Below, piece after piece: positions 40,982-52,174 of a stretch of DNA of 64,000 nucleotides (within the stretch, counting starts at the first letter, position 1; every line of letters begins with the position of its first letter). This stretch comes from an uncultured Chthonomonadaceae bacterium (GTDB taxonomy: Bacteria; Armatimonadota; Chthonomonadetes; Chthonomonadales; Chthonomonadaceae), in the NCBI GenBank assembly GCA_963835065.1, contig CAWIEK010000060.1, positions 96,001 to 160,000 on the forward strand, in the 5' to 3' direction. The translations under genes and the position numbers were made by a program. The notes beneath the pieces are model-generated. The model did not search any database. It had not been told where the DNA came from and was given only the letters and a program-made list of their open reading frames with translations.

Positions 40982-41902
40982 ATGACTTTCTTATCATCGC
41001 TATCTCGTCTGTTTGTCTCACTTCCGCCAAGCCGAAGTAAAGCAAGATTGGGACGAATAATCACCAGGCTGCTGCTGCATGGTAAAATGAACTCGGTTGT
41101 TGAAGTTCACATGCGCGATGGCAGCAGAATGCTTCTGGATGCGCGCAGTCGGTCAAGTCCGGCGCATTTTGGAACGGGGAACGGGATCGTGACGATATAG
41201 ACTTCTTCAAAGTGTGTCTTCAATTAGGCAACACTATGTTTGATGTAGGAGCCAACGTCGGTTTGATTTCCATACCGTTGGCGCGTTTTCTGCGCGATAA
41301 TGGCGGCGGAACCATTCTCGCCTTCAACCGTGAAAGCAAACTTCGACCGTTTAGTAACTACCATCCGCCTCAATGAGTATACTAACATCACTGCCTTCAA
41401 TATCGCGCTTGGAGATGAAGACGGCGAGATTGAGATGGCTATGGAAACGCGAGACCGGTGGCAGGGCGGAGCCGGTACAGGCAATGCAGGGATACGGCAG
41501 GGGCCGGAGGATGCCTCGCGATTTAGTTTTTCAAAAGCGCGCATACAGCGCTTAGACACGTTTGTCCGGGAAAACAACATTAACAACGTGGACTTTATCA
41601 AGGTTGACATCGAAGGCGCGGAATTGATGTTCCTGCGCGGCGGCGCAGACTTTCTCTGCAAATGCCGCCCCATCATCTACGGAGAATTCAACTACCCCGC
41701 CATGCTTCAATTCAATCACACAATTCTCGACGTGGTTGACCTTGTACGCCCCTGGAACTATAAAATTTTTGCTTTTGCGGATCGCCTTCTTCCCGTCGAG
41801 GTGCTTCAACCCAAAGTGGGTATTGGAAACGTGTTTTTAGCGCCCGAAGAAAAAACAGACAAACTGCTTAGATTGGTTGAAGCCGCCCGACTGCAAAAAT
41901 AG
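40982..41902 (+). CDS. FkbM-family methyltransferase, frameshifted
   Basis: Fragments MLLDARS and FDVGANVG, then FIKVDIEGAE...RPIIYGE. Confidence 0.8.
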
Positions 41903-42062
41903 AGATTCGATAACAAACCCGATAGAAGGCCAATGCAAGATTCGGTATGCTTTTCGCTTTGTCATACACCGACGCCGTAATCGTTTGCTCACAACAACTT
42001 TTAGAACCAGATGGAGAACGAACTTGACAGGCAGGGCGCACACACAAATTTCATCCGACGCG

Positions 42063-43412
42063 ATGCCGTTCTCCAACGGAGTCATACCTCGTTTACCCTA
42101 TGTGCTGGCGTTGCTTTCTTTCATTCTTGCTGCGCTGTATGCGTTTGTCGCGCGACCGGGAACGCCTTATGATGAACCCGCCCACTTCGGCAACCTGTGT
42201 TTCTATGCCAACTTTAAGCACCTGCCTGTACTTGGTGAGCCAGGATCAACTTATGAGAGTTATCAAAGCCCACTCTACTACGCAGTCTATAGTATAATCT
42301 ACCTTGTGGCGCGTCCTCTGGGAGAAAACTTTGCGTTTTATGCGCTGCGAGTTACAAGCGCATTGCTCATGGTTCCTGTTGTATTGCTGACCTATCTCAT
42401 CCTGCGCAGGGTGTTTCCCAGGCATATCCTTGTTGCTCAGACCGTCAGCCTGTTTGCAGCTCTTAATGCCAGTTTGTGCGCAATCGCCGGCAGCATCCAA
42501 AATGATATGCTGGCAATCGCCCTGACGCTGCTCATCAGCTATTTGAGCATACTTTGGCTGACAGACAGCCAATTGAACTTTACGCGCACCGTTGCGCTTG
42601 CGACACTGGTTTCGCTCGCTGTGCTGACCAAACTTAATACAACGTTCCTGGTAATCTCCCTTCCTTTATTCATGTGGGTAGTGCACCGCCAACGCGCGTA
42701 TCGCCACATAGCCCTCTTTGGGCTTGTCGTCGCCCTCCTGACAGGGTGGCTGTTTGTGCGTAACGTGAGGCTATATGGCGACATCACAGCCGCACGGGGA
42801 GAAAAGCGCTATCTTTCCATGCACTACCCTGCCGTCGTCAATGACCTGACAAAAATCAGCCTGTCTCATCCGAGAGGCTTTGCCATGATACTGCGTTCTA
42901 CTCTGACTTATTTGTGGCTGCCCGTGGAATACTATCGCAACGCGATTCATGCCTCCCTGCTTGCGCGCGGCATTGTTGCCGTTTTTACTCTTACGGGTTT
43001 AGCAGGCGCTCTAATGGCATGGCGACAATGCAAGCAACTTGTAATACAGCAAGATGCGAATGTCAAGCAGGCAGTCCTCTATCTGGCATTGCAGTATGCC
43101 GTGCGCCTGCTCGTTTATCTCTATGGCTCCATCACGGCCTGGATGGTTCCGGCGCGTATAACCCTCACAATGAGCATCGTTCCAATGCTGGTGATTGCCG
43201 GCGGTGGGTTGCTGGCGGCGCGGCAGGCCGGGAATGGCGGCGTTAAAGTTTACCAGATCGCTCTGTGGATAGCGCTTGGCGTTATAAATGCTTCCATGCT
43301 TTGGTCCACATACCGTCTGCCGGAGATGCCGTTCTATATCAAGTTTGCAGTACGAAATGCAAAGGTACATCCACCCCGCCTATTCAAGCCGGATCGCGCC
43401 CTGTTCGCCTGA
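42063..43412 (+). CDS. GT-C membrane glycosyltransferase (ArnT/PMT_2/DUF2142-like)
   Basis: PYDEPAH, YQSPLYY, IQND, LTK and RNVRLYGD; many TM helices. Confidence 0.8.
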   Translation: MPFSNGVIPRLPYVLALLSFILAALYAFVARPGTPYDEPAHFGNLCFYANFKHLPVLGEPGSTYESYQSPLYYAVYSIIYLVARPLGENFAFYALRVTSALLMVPVVLLTYLILRRVFPRHILVAQTVSLFAALNASLCAIAGSIQNDMLAIALTLLISYLSILWLTDSQLNFTRTVALATLVSLAVLTKLNTTFLVISLPLFMWVVHRQRAYRHIALFGLVVALLTGWLFVRNVRLYGDITAARGEKRYLSMHYPAVVNDLTKISLSHPRGFAMILRSTLTYLWLPVEYYRNAIHASLLARGIVAVFTLTGLAGALMAWRQCKQLVIQQDANVKQAVLYLALQYAVRLLVYLYGSITAWMVPARITLTMSIVPMLVIAGGGLLAARQAGNGGVKVYQIALWIALGVINASMLWSTYRLPEMPFYIKFAVRNAKVHPPRLFKPDRALFA

Positions 43413-43505
43413 TTCATAATCCATATGGCTGCTCAATCTTATACTGATTCATTATGCCTATTCAAGAGTAACCATACATTTTGGACGTATGCTACCTTAT
43501 ATGGC

Positions 43506-43656
43506 CCTGGAACTATAGAAATTTCGCTTTGCGGATCGTCTTCTGCCCATTGAGGTGCTTCAACCCAAAGTGGGTATTGGAAACGTGTTCTTAGTACCCG
43601 AAGAGAAAACGGACAAGCTGCTCACTCTGGTAGAAACCGCTCACTTACAAAAGTAG
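43506..43656 (+). pseudogene. Diverged duplicate of the 3' end of the FkbM gene at 41750-41902
   Basis: Shares CCCTGGAACTATA...GAGGTGCTTCAACCCAAAGTGGGTATTGGAAACGTGTT...CAAAARTAG. Confidence 0.85.
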
Positions 43657-43755
43657 CGGTTGAGCAATTCGCCATTGCTTGTGGTGACTGGTGAAGAGGA
43701 AACCGCTATCAGGTATTTAAACCGTTTTACCTTTTCTTTGTGAAAGGCGCTCACG

Positions 43756-44834
43756 ATGCAGGTTGGCTTCGTTATGGAGCAGATCTAGGACACGTCACTC
43801 ACTCGCAAAACCTCAAGCAGGCGGTCGCGCGATTACCAGACATATCTCCTACTTACCTTGATGTACCATTCTCCGGCGACCTGGGGATATTGGCAAAGCT
43901 GCCTGTAATCTGCTCTAAGTGGTCTTTGCGCGCTTCACTTGCCGCCTATCTCAAGCTGCGCCCACACTATAAAAGGCTAGATGCCGTACTTTTTCACACG
44001 CACATGACGTCGCTGTTTTCTACCCGCCTCATGCAGCATCTGCCCGCCGTGATTTCGTTGGACTCGCCACCGTTCAACCGGCATGAGTCCTATTATCCAA
44101 TTCTGGAAACCGAGCGGAGCATCGCTTACAAAAACCGTACGTACCGCCGTGTTTTCTCGGCATCAACGCATGTAGTGGCGTGGTCGCAGTGGGTAAAGAA
44201 CGATCTTGTCGCCTACTATGACGTTCCTTCAGAAAAGATTACTGTGATTCCGCCAGGAATTGATATGGCAGACTGGATGGCGCCGATACGCCCATCACCC
44301 TGGAACCGCTGCCTTCATCTGCTGTTCGTTGGTGGAGATTTCGAGCGTAAGGGAGGCAGCGCGCTGCTCGAAGCCATGTGCTTGTTGCCTGCTTGTTTAA
44401 ACGTGCATCTGCATATCGTTACCAAAGCTGATCTTCCGAAAGCTGCTCATTCAGTAGACAATATCACTATTTACACAGGTGTCGCTCCGAACTCGCGGCA
44501 ATCGCGCGCCTTGTTTCAGCAGGCAGATATATTCGTTCTTCCGACCCGAAGCGATTGCCTGCCACTCGCGGTTTTAGAAGCTTTGGCAGCCGGCTTGCCT
44601 GTGATTACAACGAATATCGGCGCGTTGACCGAAGCCATAGAGGATGGCGTCAATGGCCTGGTCATTCCTGCTAACGACGCGCCTGCTCTCGCGGATGCGA
44701 TTGCTTCCCTGGCTTCAAACCCGGCGCAGTTGCAGGCGCAAAGCTGTGCCGCCCGCGAAACCGCGGTTTCTAAATTTGACGCCACAGCCAATTACGGCAA
44801 GCTGCTTGAGGTGCTTCAAAGCATTCGCAAGTAG
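43756..44834 (+). CDS. Glycosyltransferase family 4; probable frameshift at ~43785
   Basis: MQVGFVMEQ then LGHVTH; LLFVGGDFERKGG; DCLPLAVLEALAAG. Confidence 0.88.
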
Positions 44835-44854
44835 CCGGTTGAATGTTATAACAC

Positions 44855-46017
44855 ATGCACTCTTTAATTTTCGTCTCCCTGGAAAATTGGGATGACATCT
44901 GGCGGCGAAACCAATTTTTGTGCGCCGCCTACGCCCGCCGCTTTCCGCACAGCAAAATTTTGTTTGTCGGCTTGCCGCGTGATATATCGCACCATATTCG
45001 GCGAGGAACACTGTCCCGATTGCGCGAGGAAGCGACATGGACGGTTGCCGACCTGCCCAACATCACTGTCACGCGCCCGCTCAAACTATTTCCCAACACG
45101 CTTGAAAGGGGACGCAGGCTCAATGAGCAGATTGCCCGCGCGCACATTCGGCGCGCGGTTCGCCGGTTGGGATTGAACAGCCCGGTCTTGTGGCTCAACC
45201 CGCATGATGCCGTTCACACGGTCGGGCGTATGAACGAGCGCGCCGTAATTTACGACATCACCGACGATTGGACGACGTTCACGCAATCTGAATCCCTGAC
45301 CCGGCGCATCGTCGCCCAAGATGCCGCTCTGTGTCGACGCGCCGATGCCGTAATCGTGTGTTCGCAGCGCCTCTATGATTTGAAACGTCCGTTGACGGAA
45401 AACTTGCATTTGATACCCAATGGAGTTGACGCCGAGCATTATCGCGCCGTGCTGGATGGAATTGGTTCCCTGCCCCGGAAACCATCGGCTGGAAAAAACC
45501 CGTATTGGGCTATACGGGCAGCATTCACGCGGATCGGGTAGACGTAGACTTGGTGGAAAGTCTCGCCCTTGCGCTTCCGCAGGCAACTATCGCGCTTGTC
45601 GGTCCCAACATGCTCACAGCATCGGTCACAGCCCGTCTGCAAACGCTGCCGAACGTCGTGTTCACCGGTAGCATTCCGTATGCCCGCCTGCCACAAATCA
45701 TGCGCGCTTTTGACGTATGTATCGTTCCACATCGCGTGACAGCGTTTACGGAAAGTCTGAACCCTATCAAATTATGGGAGTATCTGGCGGCGGGCAAGCC
45801 CATTGTTTCTACCGATGTGGCCGGTTTTCGAGACTATCCTGAACATGTCGCCATCGCGCAGGATACGGAAATGTTCGCTCAGGGGGTTAAAGTCGCCTTG
45901 TGCGAAGCCCCTGCCAAAGCGATAACGCGTCGGTTTGAGGCCTGTTCCCACTCTTGGGATTCGCGCTTGGATTGCATTCTGGAGGTTCTTATGCAGATTG
46001 ATGCAAGGATGTGCTGA
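44855..46017 (+). CDS. Glycosyltransferase (TuaH-like GT-B); frameshift at ~45475
   Basis: WDDIWRRNQ, IYDITDDW and IPNGVD, then GYTGSI...NPIKLWEYLAAGKP. Confidence 0.87.
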
Positions 46018-46070
46018 ATGCTTTTTCCGTTCCTGCTTTTTAGGCAGTGACGTTTTAGCGCCAAGATAAC

Positions 46071-47312
46071 ATGTCTGCCGAGATGATTATGCCTCTGTTA
46101 GAAAGTCAAAACCAACCCCTAAAGCCTGCAGCGCCTCCACGACTTCTTCAGTTGGACACGTTGCGAGGCGTGGCTATTCTGCTCGTGCTTGGAAACCATG
46201 CACCTGTACCCCCACAGGCGGCTGGCTGTTTTGAACCGTTTGCTGCGGCCTGGCAGCGTTTTGGGTGGGTCGGGGTAGATTTATTTTTCGTGTTGAGCGG
46301 TTTTTTAATTGGCGGTCTGCTATTTAAAGAACTGCAAACGCGCGCTCATTTGGATTTACGTCGCTTTCTAATTCGACGTTGCTTCAAAATTTGGCCCTCC
46401 TATTACCTTTGTGTCTGTGCCGGGTTGCTGTTAACGCTGGTACGTACACATGGTAAAATGGGTACATCTTTGTTGATTATGTGGCCTAATTTCGTTCACA
46501 TCCAAAACTATTGTATGGGCGAACGTCCGATTTTGCACACTTGGAGTTTAGCGGTCGAAGAACATTTCTATTTGGCTCTGCCTTTCTGTTTGTGGCTGCT
46601 GACGCGCAAACATTTAAAGGACAAGATGCGCCTTTCTGCATTGCCGCTCCTTGCAGGGAGCGTCATGTTGTTCAGCCTTACCTTTCGCTGCCTTGTAAAC
46701 AGTCGCCATCCGTTTAACCCGTATACGCATATTTTTTACACGCACATACGTATTGATTCTTTGATGTTTGGCGTTCTGCTCGCCTATTGGCATCATTTTG
46801 ATCCGGGAAAGTTAGAGAAAGTGGCTCGTCAGCGCCTGCTTTTACTAGCAATAAGTCTGATGTTAATCAGTCCGGCATTATTTTTCGATAGGAATGTAAC
46901 TCCTTTTATATGGACAGTTGGATATACATTGATTTACCTCGGCTTTGGCGGTATTTTACTTGTAATGATTTATACGCCTTTGGGAGAGGGATGGTCAGGA
47001 CGGTGTTTGAGCGGCAAATCAGCGCGCCTTCTTGCCTGGATAGGAGTATCGAGTTATACTATCTATCTCTGGCATGGCTTGTTCGCGCTTCGCCCTATAG
47101 AAAGTTTAGATAATCTCTGGCTGATTCATTTGCCCTGGCTTCGATGGAGTTTGGGAACTGGCTTGTATTTAGCTTTAGCAATAGGAGTTGGTACTTTAGC
47201 AGGCATTCTGGTGGACAAGCGGGTGCTTCGATTGCGTGACAGGCTGTTTCCAGCGCGCGCAAACGCGTTAACCTTACATCCGCAATTATTGGAAGCAGAT
47301 CGACGCATTTAG
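46071..47312 (+). CDS. Acyltransferase family 3 (OafA-like)
   Basis: LDTLRGVAILLV, GVDLFFVLSGFLI, HTWSLAVEEHFY and SYTIYLWH. Confidence 0.95.
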   Translation: MSAEMIMPLLESQNQPLKPAAPPRLLQLDTLRGVAILLVLGNHAPVPPQAAGCFEPFAAAWQRFGWVGVDLFFVLSGFLIGGLLFKELQTRAHLDLRRFLIRRCFKIWPSYYLCVCAGLLLTLVRTHGKMGTSLLIMWPNFVHIQNYCMGERPILHTWSLAVEEHFYLALPFCLWLLTRKHLKDKMRLSALPLLAGSVMLFSLTFRCLVNSRHPFNPYTHIFYTHIRIDSLMFGVLLAYWHHFDPGKLEKVARQRLLLLAISLMLISPALFFDRNVTPFIWTVGYTLIYLGFGGILLVMIYTPLGEGWSGRCLSGKSARLLAWIGVSSYTIYLWHGLFALRPIESLDNLWLIHLPWLRWSLGTGLYLALAIGVGTLAGILVDKRVLRLRDRLFPARANALTLHPQLLEADRRI

Positions 47313-47358
47313 CCCACGTAAAACAATCTCTTTACAAGCAAGGGCATCTCGGTTACAG

Positions 47359-48396
47359 ATGTCCTCGCGGATTCAGGCATATACTGCAACTTTCCCTATG
47401 TTATCTTCAACCCTGAGTATAACTATCGTGACCGGCAGCAGCAAAGACATGCTGCGCGCCTGTCTGATCTCCTTGCTTGTGGGTAATGTGGAAGTGCCTG
47501 CCGAAGTTATTGTTGTAGATAATGCAACGACAAACGGCTGTGTGGAAATGATACGGGCTGAGTTCCCGCAAATCACCCTAATCGTCAACGCGCATCGTGA
47601 CGGATTTGCTGCCAACCAGAACCGCGCCCTTCGCGCCAGTTATGGCGATTATATTTTGCTCTTAAATGATGATACAATTGTCCGTCCTGGTACGCTCCAA
47701 ACATTGTGTGACTTCCTGAATCACCATCCCAAAATTGGAGCCGTCGGTTGTCGGCTTGAAAACCCGGATGGCAGTCTGCAAAAAAGCTGCTACAAGTTTC
47801 CTTCTCCTGCTCGCTCGATTGCCGAAAATTTGCTTCTGGTTGCCGCTTTTCCCAACAATTCCTGGTGGGGGGATTATCGCGCCTGGCCGCACGACCAGAC
47901 ACGGGAGGTTGATTTTGTTATCGGGGCCGCCATGCTGGTGCGGCGTGAAATGATTGCTGCCGTTGGCTTATTGGATGAAGGTTTTTTTGTTTACTTCGAG
48001 GAAGTGGACTGGTGCCGGCGCATGAAACAAAATGGCTGGCAGGTCGCCTTTACACCCGATACAACGATTGTTCACTACGGCGGGCAAAGCAGCCTCGATT
48101 TTAAAAACCGGCAATTTGTTGAGTTCACGCGCAATCAAATGAGGTATATTATTAAACATCATGGCATTATGGGTGGAAGTATTCATCGCCTTGCCATGCT
48201 TGTTGGCGCTGTGCTGCGCATTATACTATGGGGTGTAGCAGCATTTACGCGCCCTGCGAAACGCGCGACGGTGAAACTCTGGTGGCGCATTCTGCGCTGG
48301 CATCTGGGGTTCGGCCCCCACCAGGGTATTCGTGAACTGGCAGCCATTCAAAATACCAATCCCGCTCCTGTCCTTAATCCGTCCGCGTTGAATTAG
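47359..48396 (+). CDS. Glycosyltransferase family 2 (rhamnosyltransferase-like)
   Basis: VVDNA, LLLNDD, GAAMLVR and LDEGFFVYFEEVDWC. Confidence 0.92.
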   Translation: MSSRIQAYTATFPMLSSTLSITIVTGSSKDMLRACLISLLVGNVEVPAEVIVVDNATTNGCVEMIRAEFPQITLIVNAHRDGFAANQNRALRASYGDYILLLNDDTIVRPGTLQTLCDFLNHHPKIGAVGCRLENPDGSLQKSCYKFPSPARSIAENLLLVAAFPNNSWWGDYRAWPHDQTREVDFVIGAAMLVRREMIAAVGLLDEGFFVYFEEVDWCRRMKQNGWQVAFTPDTTIVHYGGQSSLDFKNRQFVEFTRNQMRYIIKHHGIMGGSIHRLAMLVGAVLRIILWGVAAFTRPAKRATVKLWWRILRWHLGFGPHQGIRELAAIQNTNPAPVLNPSALN

Positions 48397-48404
48397 AACA
48401 ACTT

Positions 48405-49763
48405 ATGCACCCTACGCTCGACAAGAAGATTGCTTCCGCGCAGCCATTGTCGCTGATGCACCCGCAAACGGCCACTGTGCTTATGCTGATTACCGTCAGC
48501 GCGGTTTCCAGCGCATTCTGGTATTCGCCCAACCTGGCTCTGGCGCTTGTATTCGTAGCGTTATGCGTTCTGGTGGCGCACAAACATCGTTCCTGGTTTG
48601 TCCTCGCTGCCTACGCTTGCTTTCCCTTTCAGAGTTCCCTTACAGGGGAAAATGTAGCGGGTAACTTCAGCGTTTCCGATGCCCTCTTGATCATCGCCTT
48701 CTTGTCACTGCCCCTTTTGCTGCTACACAAACGGCGCCTGGTCGTTGGCCCGGCAGGTATTGGCCTGCTCTTGTTTCTTGGCCTTGCCTCCATTTCTTCT
48801 GCGCTCCATTGGGAAGGAATGACCACTGCCGTATCGCTGGCGCGCATGTGGGTTGCTACTCTCCTGCCGGTTCTGCTGTTCGCCAATGGGGATAGCCGCC
48901 TGTCTCTTGCGCACCGTTGCTTCGCTCTTTTCCTGATAGGCATTAATGTCCTGAGCATCGGCAGCATACTTGCGTTCTTTCAGGGAGGGATCAATGCCAG
49001 CATGTATGCAATGGGCAACCACAAAAATCTCCTCGGGCCAATGTACGGCTGTGGTATCGTCACTGCGCTCACCTACTTGTTTACAGGGCAGGCGCGGGGC
49101 AGGCGGCGCGTATGGCTGGCGCTCACTATTGTTGGCGCAAGTATCGGCTGCCTGTTGTCTCTGTCGCGGGGTGGATGGGTCGCAACAGCCGTCGCTTTTG
49201 CGCTGCTGCTCCTCATGCTGCGGCAGTTGAAGGTCTTAGTCATCAGCCTTTTGGTAATGGTTCCCGTGCTGTTCGTCGTTTGGCACATGCTGCCCGAAAA
49301 AGCGACTGATTATGCCTCCGATGTATCCGCCAATGCGCACACTACTCAGACTCGATTAGTAACTATCAACCAGGTCATGGATGCCTACTATGAAAGTCCT
49401 TTGATTGGAGTGGGCGTTGGACTGCGTAAGAAGCTGGAGCCGCATAACGTTCTGGTGTTGACGCTTGGGGAAGAAGGCATTTTGGGCGTGTGTTGTTTTA
49501 TCGGCATGTTCGCCGGAGGCTTTTACACCTTTGCGGTTGCGTGGCGATGTTCGCGGGATGAGCCGGAAGCGCAACAAATCGTAATCATTGGCGTATGCCT
49601 GCTGTGTCTTTCCCTTGTTGCAGGCATGATGGACGTGTATTGGCGGCGGGGAGTTGGTTTTCTTGGGTGGGCGTCCGTGGGGATGGCTGTCAATCTTATT
49701 GATCCCAAACGACGGCGCGCAAGTATTCCGCGCGCTTCCCTTCCTCAAAACGGAGCCGCATGA
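48405..49763 (+). CDS. O-antigen ligase / Wzy polymerase family protein
   Basis: Multi-TM; HKN, LSLSRGGW, SPLIGVG and PHNVL..LGEEGILG. Confidence 0.85.
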   Translation: MHPTLDKKIASAQPLSLMHPQTATVLMLITVSAVSSAFWYSPNLALALVFVALCVLVAHKHRSWFVLAAYACFPFQSSLTGENVAGNFSVSDALLIIAFLSLPLLLLHKRRLVVGPAGIGLLLFLGLASISSALHWEGMTTAVSLARMWVATLLPVLLFANGDSRLSLAHRCFALFLIGINVLSIGSILAFFQGGINASMYAMGNHKNLLGPMYGCGIVTALTYLFTGQARGRRRVWLALTIVGASIGCLLSLSRGGWVATAVAFALLLLMLRQLKVLVISLLVMVPVLFVVWHMLPEKATDYASDVSANAHTTQTRLVTINQVMDAYYESPLIGVGVGLRKKLEPHNVLVLTLGEEGILGVCCFIGMFAGGFYTFAVAWRCSRDEPEAQQIVIIGVCLLCLSLVAGMMDVYWRRGVGFLGWASVGMAVNLIDPKRRRASIPRASLPQNGAA

Positions 49764-50966
49764 TGTCCGTTCCGAACCCTGGCAGCCTCCGAACGGATTC
49801 AACTCCGCACATTCTCGTAGATGCCCGCTTTCGGGCACAGCAGCGTGGCGGAGACCGCTGCCGTTTCGAGCTTGCCGCGCATCTGGCGGAACAAGCGCAG
49901 GCGCGCTACACCTTTCTTGCATACGAGCAAACCCGCGAAACGCTGACGGGCCGATTGGCCGGCGACGCGCGCATTGTCGCCAGCCCTTACCTGCCCAATC
50001 AGCATCCGCAATTTGATTGGTTTGAAAACCTCGGCTTGCCCCGCCTGGCGCATCGCGTCCATGCCGATATATATCATGGCACGTTTCAGGTGTTGCCCCT
50101 CCTGCCCGGCGCGTGCCCGGCTGTGGTCACACTGCATGATATGGCCCTATGGGCGATGCCGGAGGGTTATGGAAAACGGTTTGGACCTTATATGCGCTAT
50201 CTTGTTACGGGCAGCCTGAAATCGAGCGTCTCACATTATAACGGTGACTGACGCCACGCGGCGCGAACTGCTGCATTACCTGCCGGATGTGAAAGCGCCC
50301 ATCAGCGTTATCTGGAACGGCGTGGGCGCTGAGTTCCTGCGCGCGGCGCGCTTATCGGAGGAAGTCACGCAGGAAACCTGCCGCAGGCTCAACATTCCCA
50401 TGCCCTACATCCTGTTCGTGGGCAATCTGGAACCCAAGAAAAATCTCGTCCGGCTGGTAGAAGCGTTTCGACGCATGCATGCCGCTTCCAATCTGCCGCA
50501 TACCCTTGTGATCGTAGGCAAGAAGCTGGAGGAGGGACCAGAGAGTGGCCTCACCGATGCTGACATTCGCGGCCCAATTCACTTTACGGGATACGTGGAG
50601 GATGCCGACCTGCCAAACCTGTATCGGGGCGCGGAACTCGTTGCGGTGCCTTCTTTATACGAAGGCTTCGGCATGCAAATACTGGAAGGCATGGCGGCAG
50701 GCGTACCCGTGCTGACTTCCTCCGTTTCCTGCCTGCCGGAAGTGGCTGGCGGCGCGGCGTGGCTGGTCAACCCGCTTGATGTGGAAGACATGGCAACGGG
50801 ATTGTATCGCGCTTTGACGGATCAGGATTGGCGACGCCAGGCAATCCAAGCCGGCAGCGCCCGCGCGCAGGAACTTTCGTGGGATGCCAACGCCCGCAAA
50901 ACGGCTGCGGTCTATCAGGAAGTTTATGAGCGTTGCTGCCGCAAAAATACAGCGGCGAACACATAA
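49760..50966 (+). CDS. Glycosyltransferase family 4; frameshift at ~50230
   Basis: VVTLHD, then FVGNLEPKKN and PSLYEGFG...EGMAAG. Confidence 0.87.
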
Positions 50967-51004
50967 AACCTCGTCTGTAAAGTAACAAGGGGCCATTGGC
51001 GACC

Positions 51005-52174
51005 ATGCGCGTTTTGCTGATCTCTCATACCTGCCAGTCGCCTACGGAGGGGCAGCCGAAAGCGGAATGGCTGGCGCGCATGCCGGATGTTGAATTGCGC
51101 GTCCTGATTCCTGACCGCTGGAAACACTACGGACGCTGGCGGCAGGCAAGCGTTGCCAAAGATTCCTGCGCGACGTACCATGTCGGGCGGGTTGCCTGTC
51201 CCTGGATCGGGCGGGCGCAATTTTACCTGCATTGGTATCCCGAACTGGCGCGGCTTTTGCGCGAGTTTCAGCCGGATATGATTGATTTGTGGGAAGAACC
51301 CTGGGGACTGGTCAGCGCGCATACGTGCCGCCTGCGCAGCAGACTCTTGCCAAACGCCAAAATCGTTTCGGAAACCGAGCAGAACATTCACAAGAACCTG
51401 CCCGCGCCCTTTGAAGCGTTCCGCGCGTATACGCTGCGCCATGCGGATTTTGTCGTGGGACGCAATGCGGAAGCGCTCGATGTGGTACGCCGCAAGGGGT
51501 ATCGAGGCGCGGCGCAGGTGGTTCCTAATGCCGTAGACACGGGCTTGTTTCGGCCTTTGGACAAATCAGCCTGTCGGCAGTCGCTGGAATTGTCCGGGTT
51601 TGTGGCCGGGTATGTGGGACGCCTGGTGGAAGAAAAAGGCTTGCGGGACATGATAGACGCTTTGGCCTTTTGCCCGGAACATATTCACCTGCTGTTTGTG
51701 GGCGAAGGCCCGTATCAATCCGTTTTGGAACAGCGCGCGAGAGAAATTGGTAAAACCGCGCAAGCGCGTTTCCTGCCCAAGCGCCCACTGGAAGAACTGC
51801 CCGTCGTGATGAACGCCCTGGACGCGCTGGTTCTCGTTTCGCGCACCACGCCGCGCTGGAAAGAACAGTTCGGGCGCGTGTTAATCGAAGCGCATGCCTG
51901 CCGAACGCCCGTGATCGGTTCCACATCCGGCGCGATCCCCGAAGTGGTTGGCAAGGGAGGACTGATCGTGCCTGAACACAATCCCCGCGCCCTCGCCGAA
52001 GCGCTGCTGAAATTGGACAGCGATCCCGATTTGCGCCTTCAATTGGGAGAAGCGGGACGCTGCCAGGTGGAACAGCAGTATACCTGGCAGCAGGTCGCGC
52101 AGCGGATGCATGCTATTTATCAACGTGTGTCAGCCCCTTTGCCGACGCGCCCGCCGGGAGAACTGATCTCGTGA
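51005..52174 (+). CDS. Glycosyltransferase family 4
   Basis: WEEPW, GYVGRLVEEKG and WKEQFGRVLIEA. Confidence 0.93.
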   Translation: MRVLLISHTCQSPTEGQPKAEWLARMPDVELRVLIPDRWKHYGRWRQASVAKDSCATYHVGRVACPWIGRAQFYLHWYPELARLLREFQPDMIDLWEEPWGLVSAHTCRLRSRLLPNAKIVSETEQNIHKNLPAPFEAFRAYTLRHADFVVGRNAEALDVVRRKGYRGAAQVVPNAVDTGLFRPLDKSACRQSLELSGFVAGYVGRLVEEKGLRDMIDALAFCPEHIHLLFVGEGPYQSVLEQRAREIGKTAQARFLPKRPLEELPVVMNALDALVLVSRTTPRWKEQFGRVLIEAHACRTPVIGSTSGAIPEVVGKGGLIVPEHNPRALAEALLKLDSDPDLRLQLGEAGRCQVEQQYTWQQVAQRMHAIYQRVSAPLPTRPPGELIS

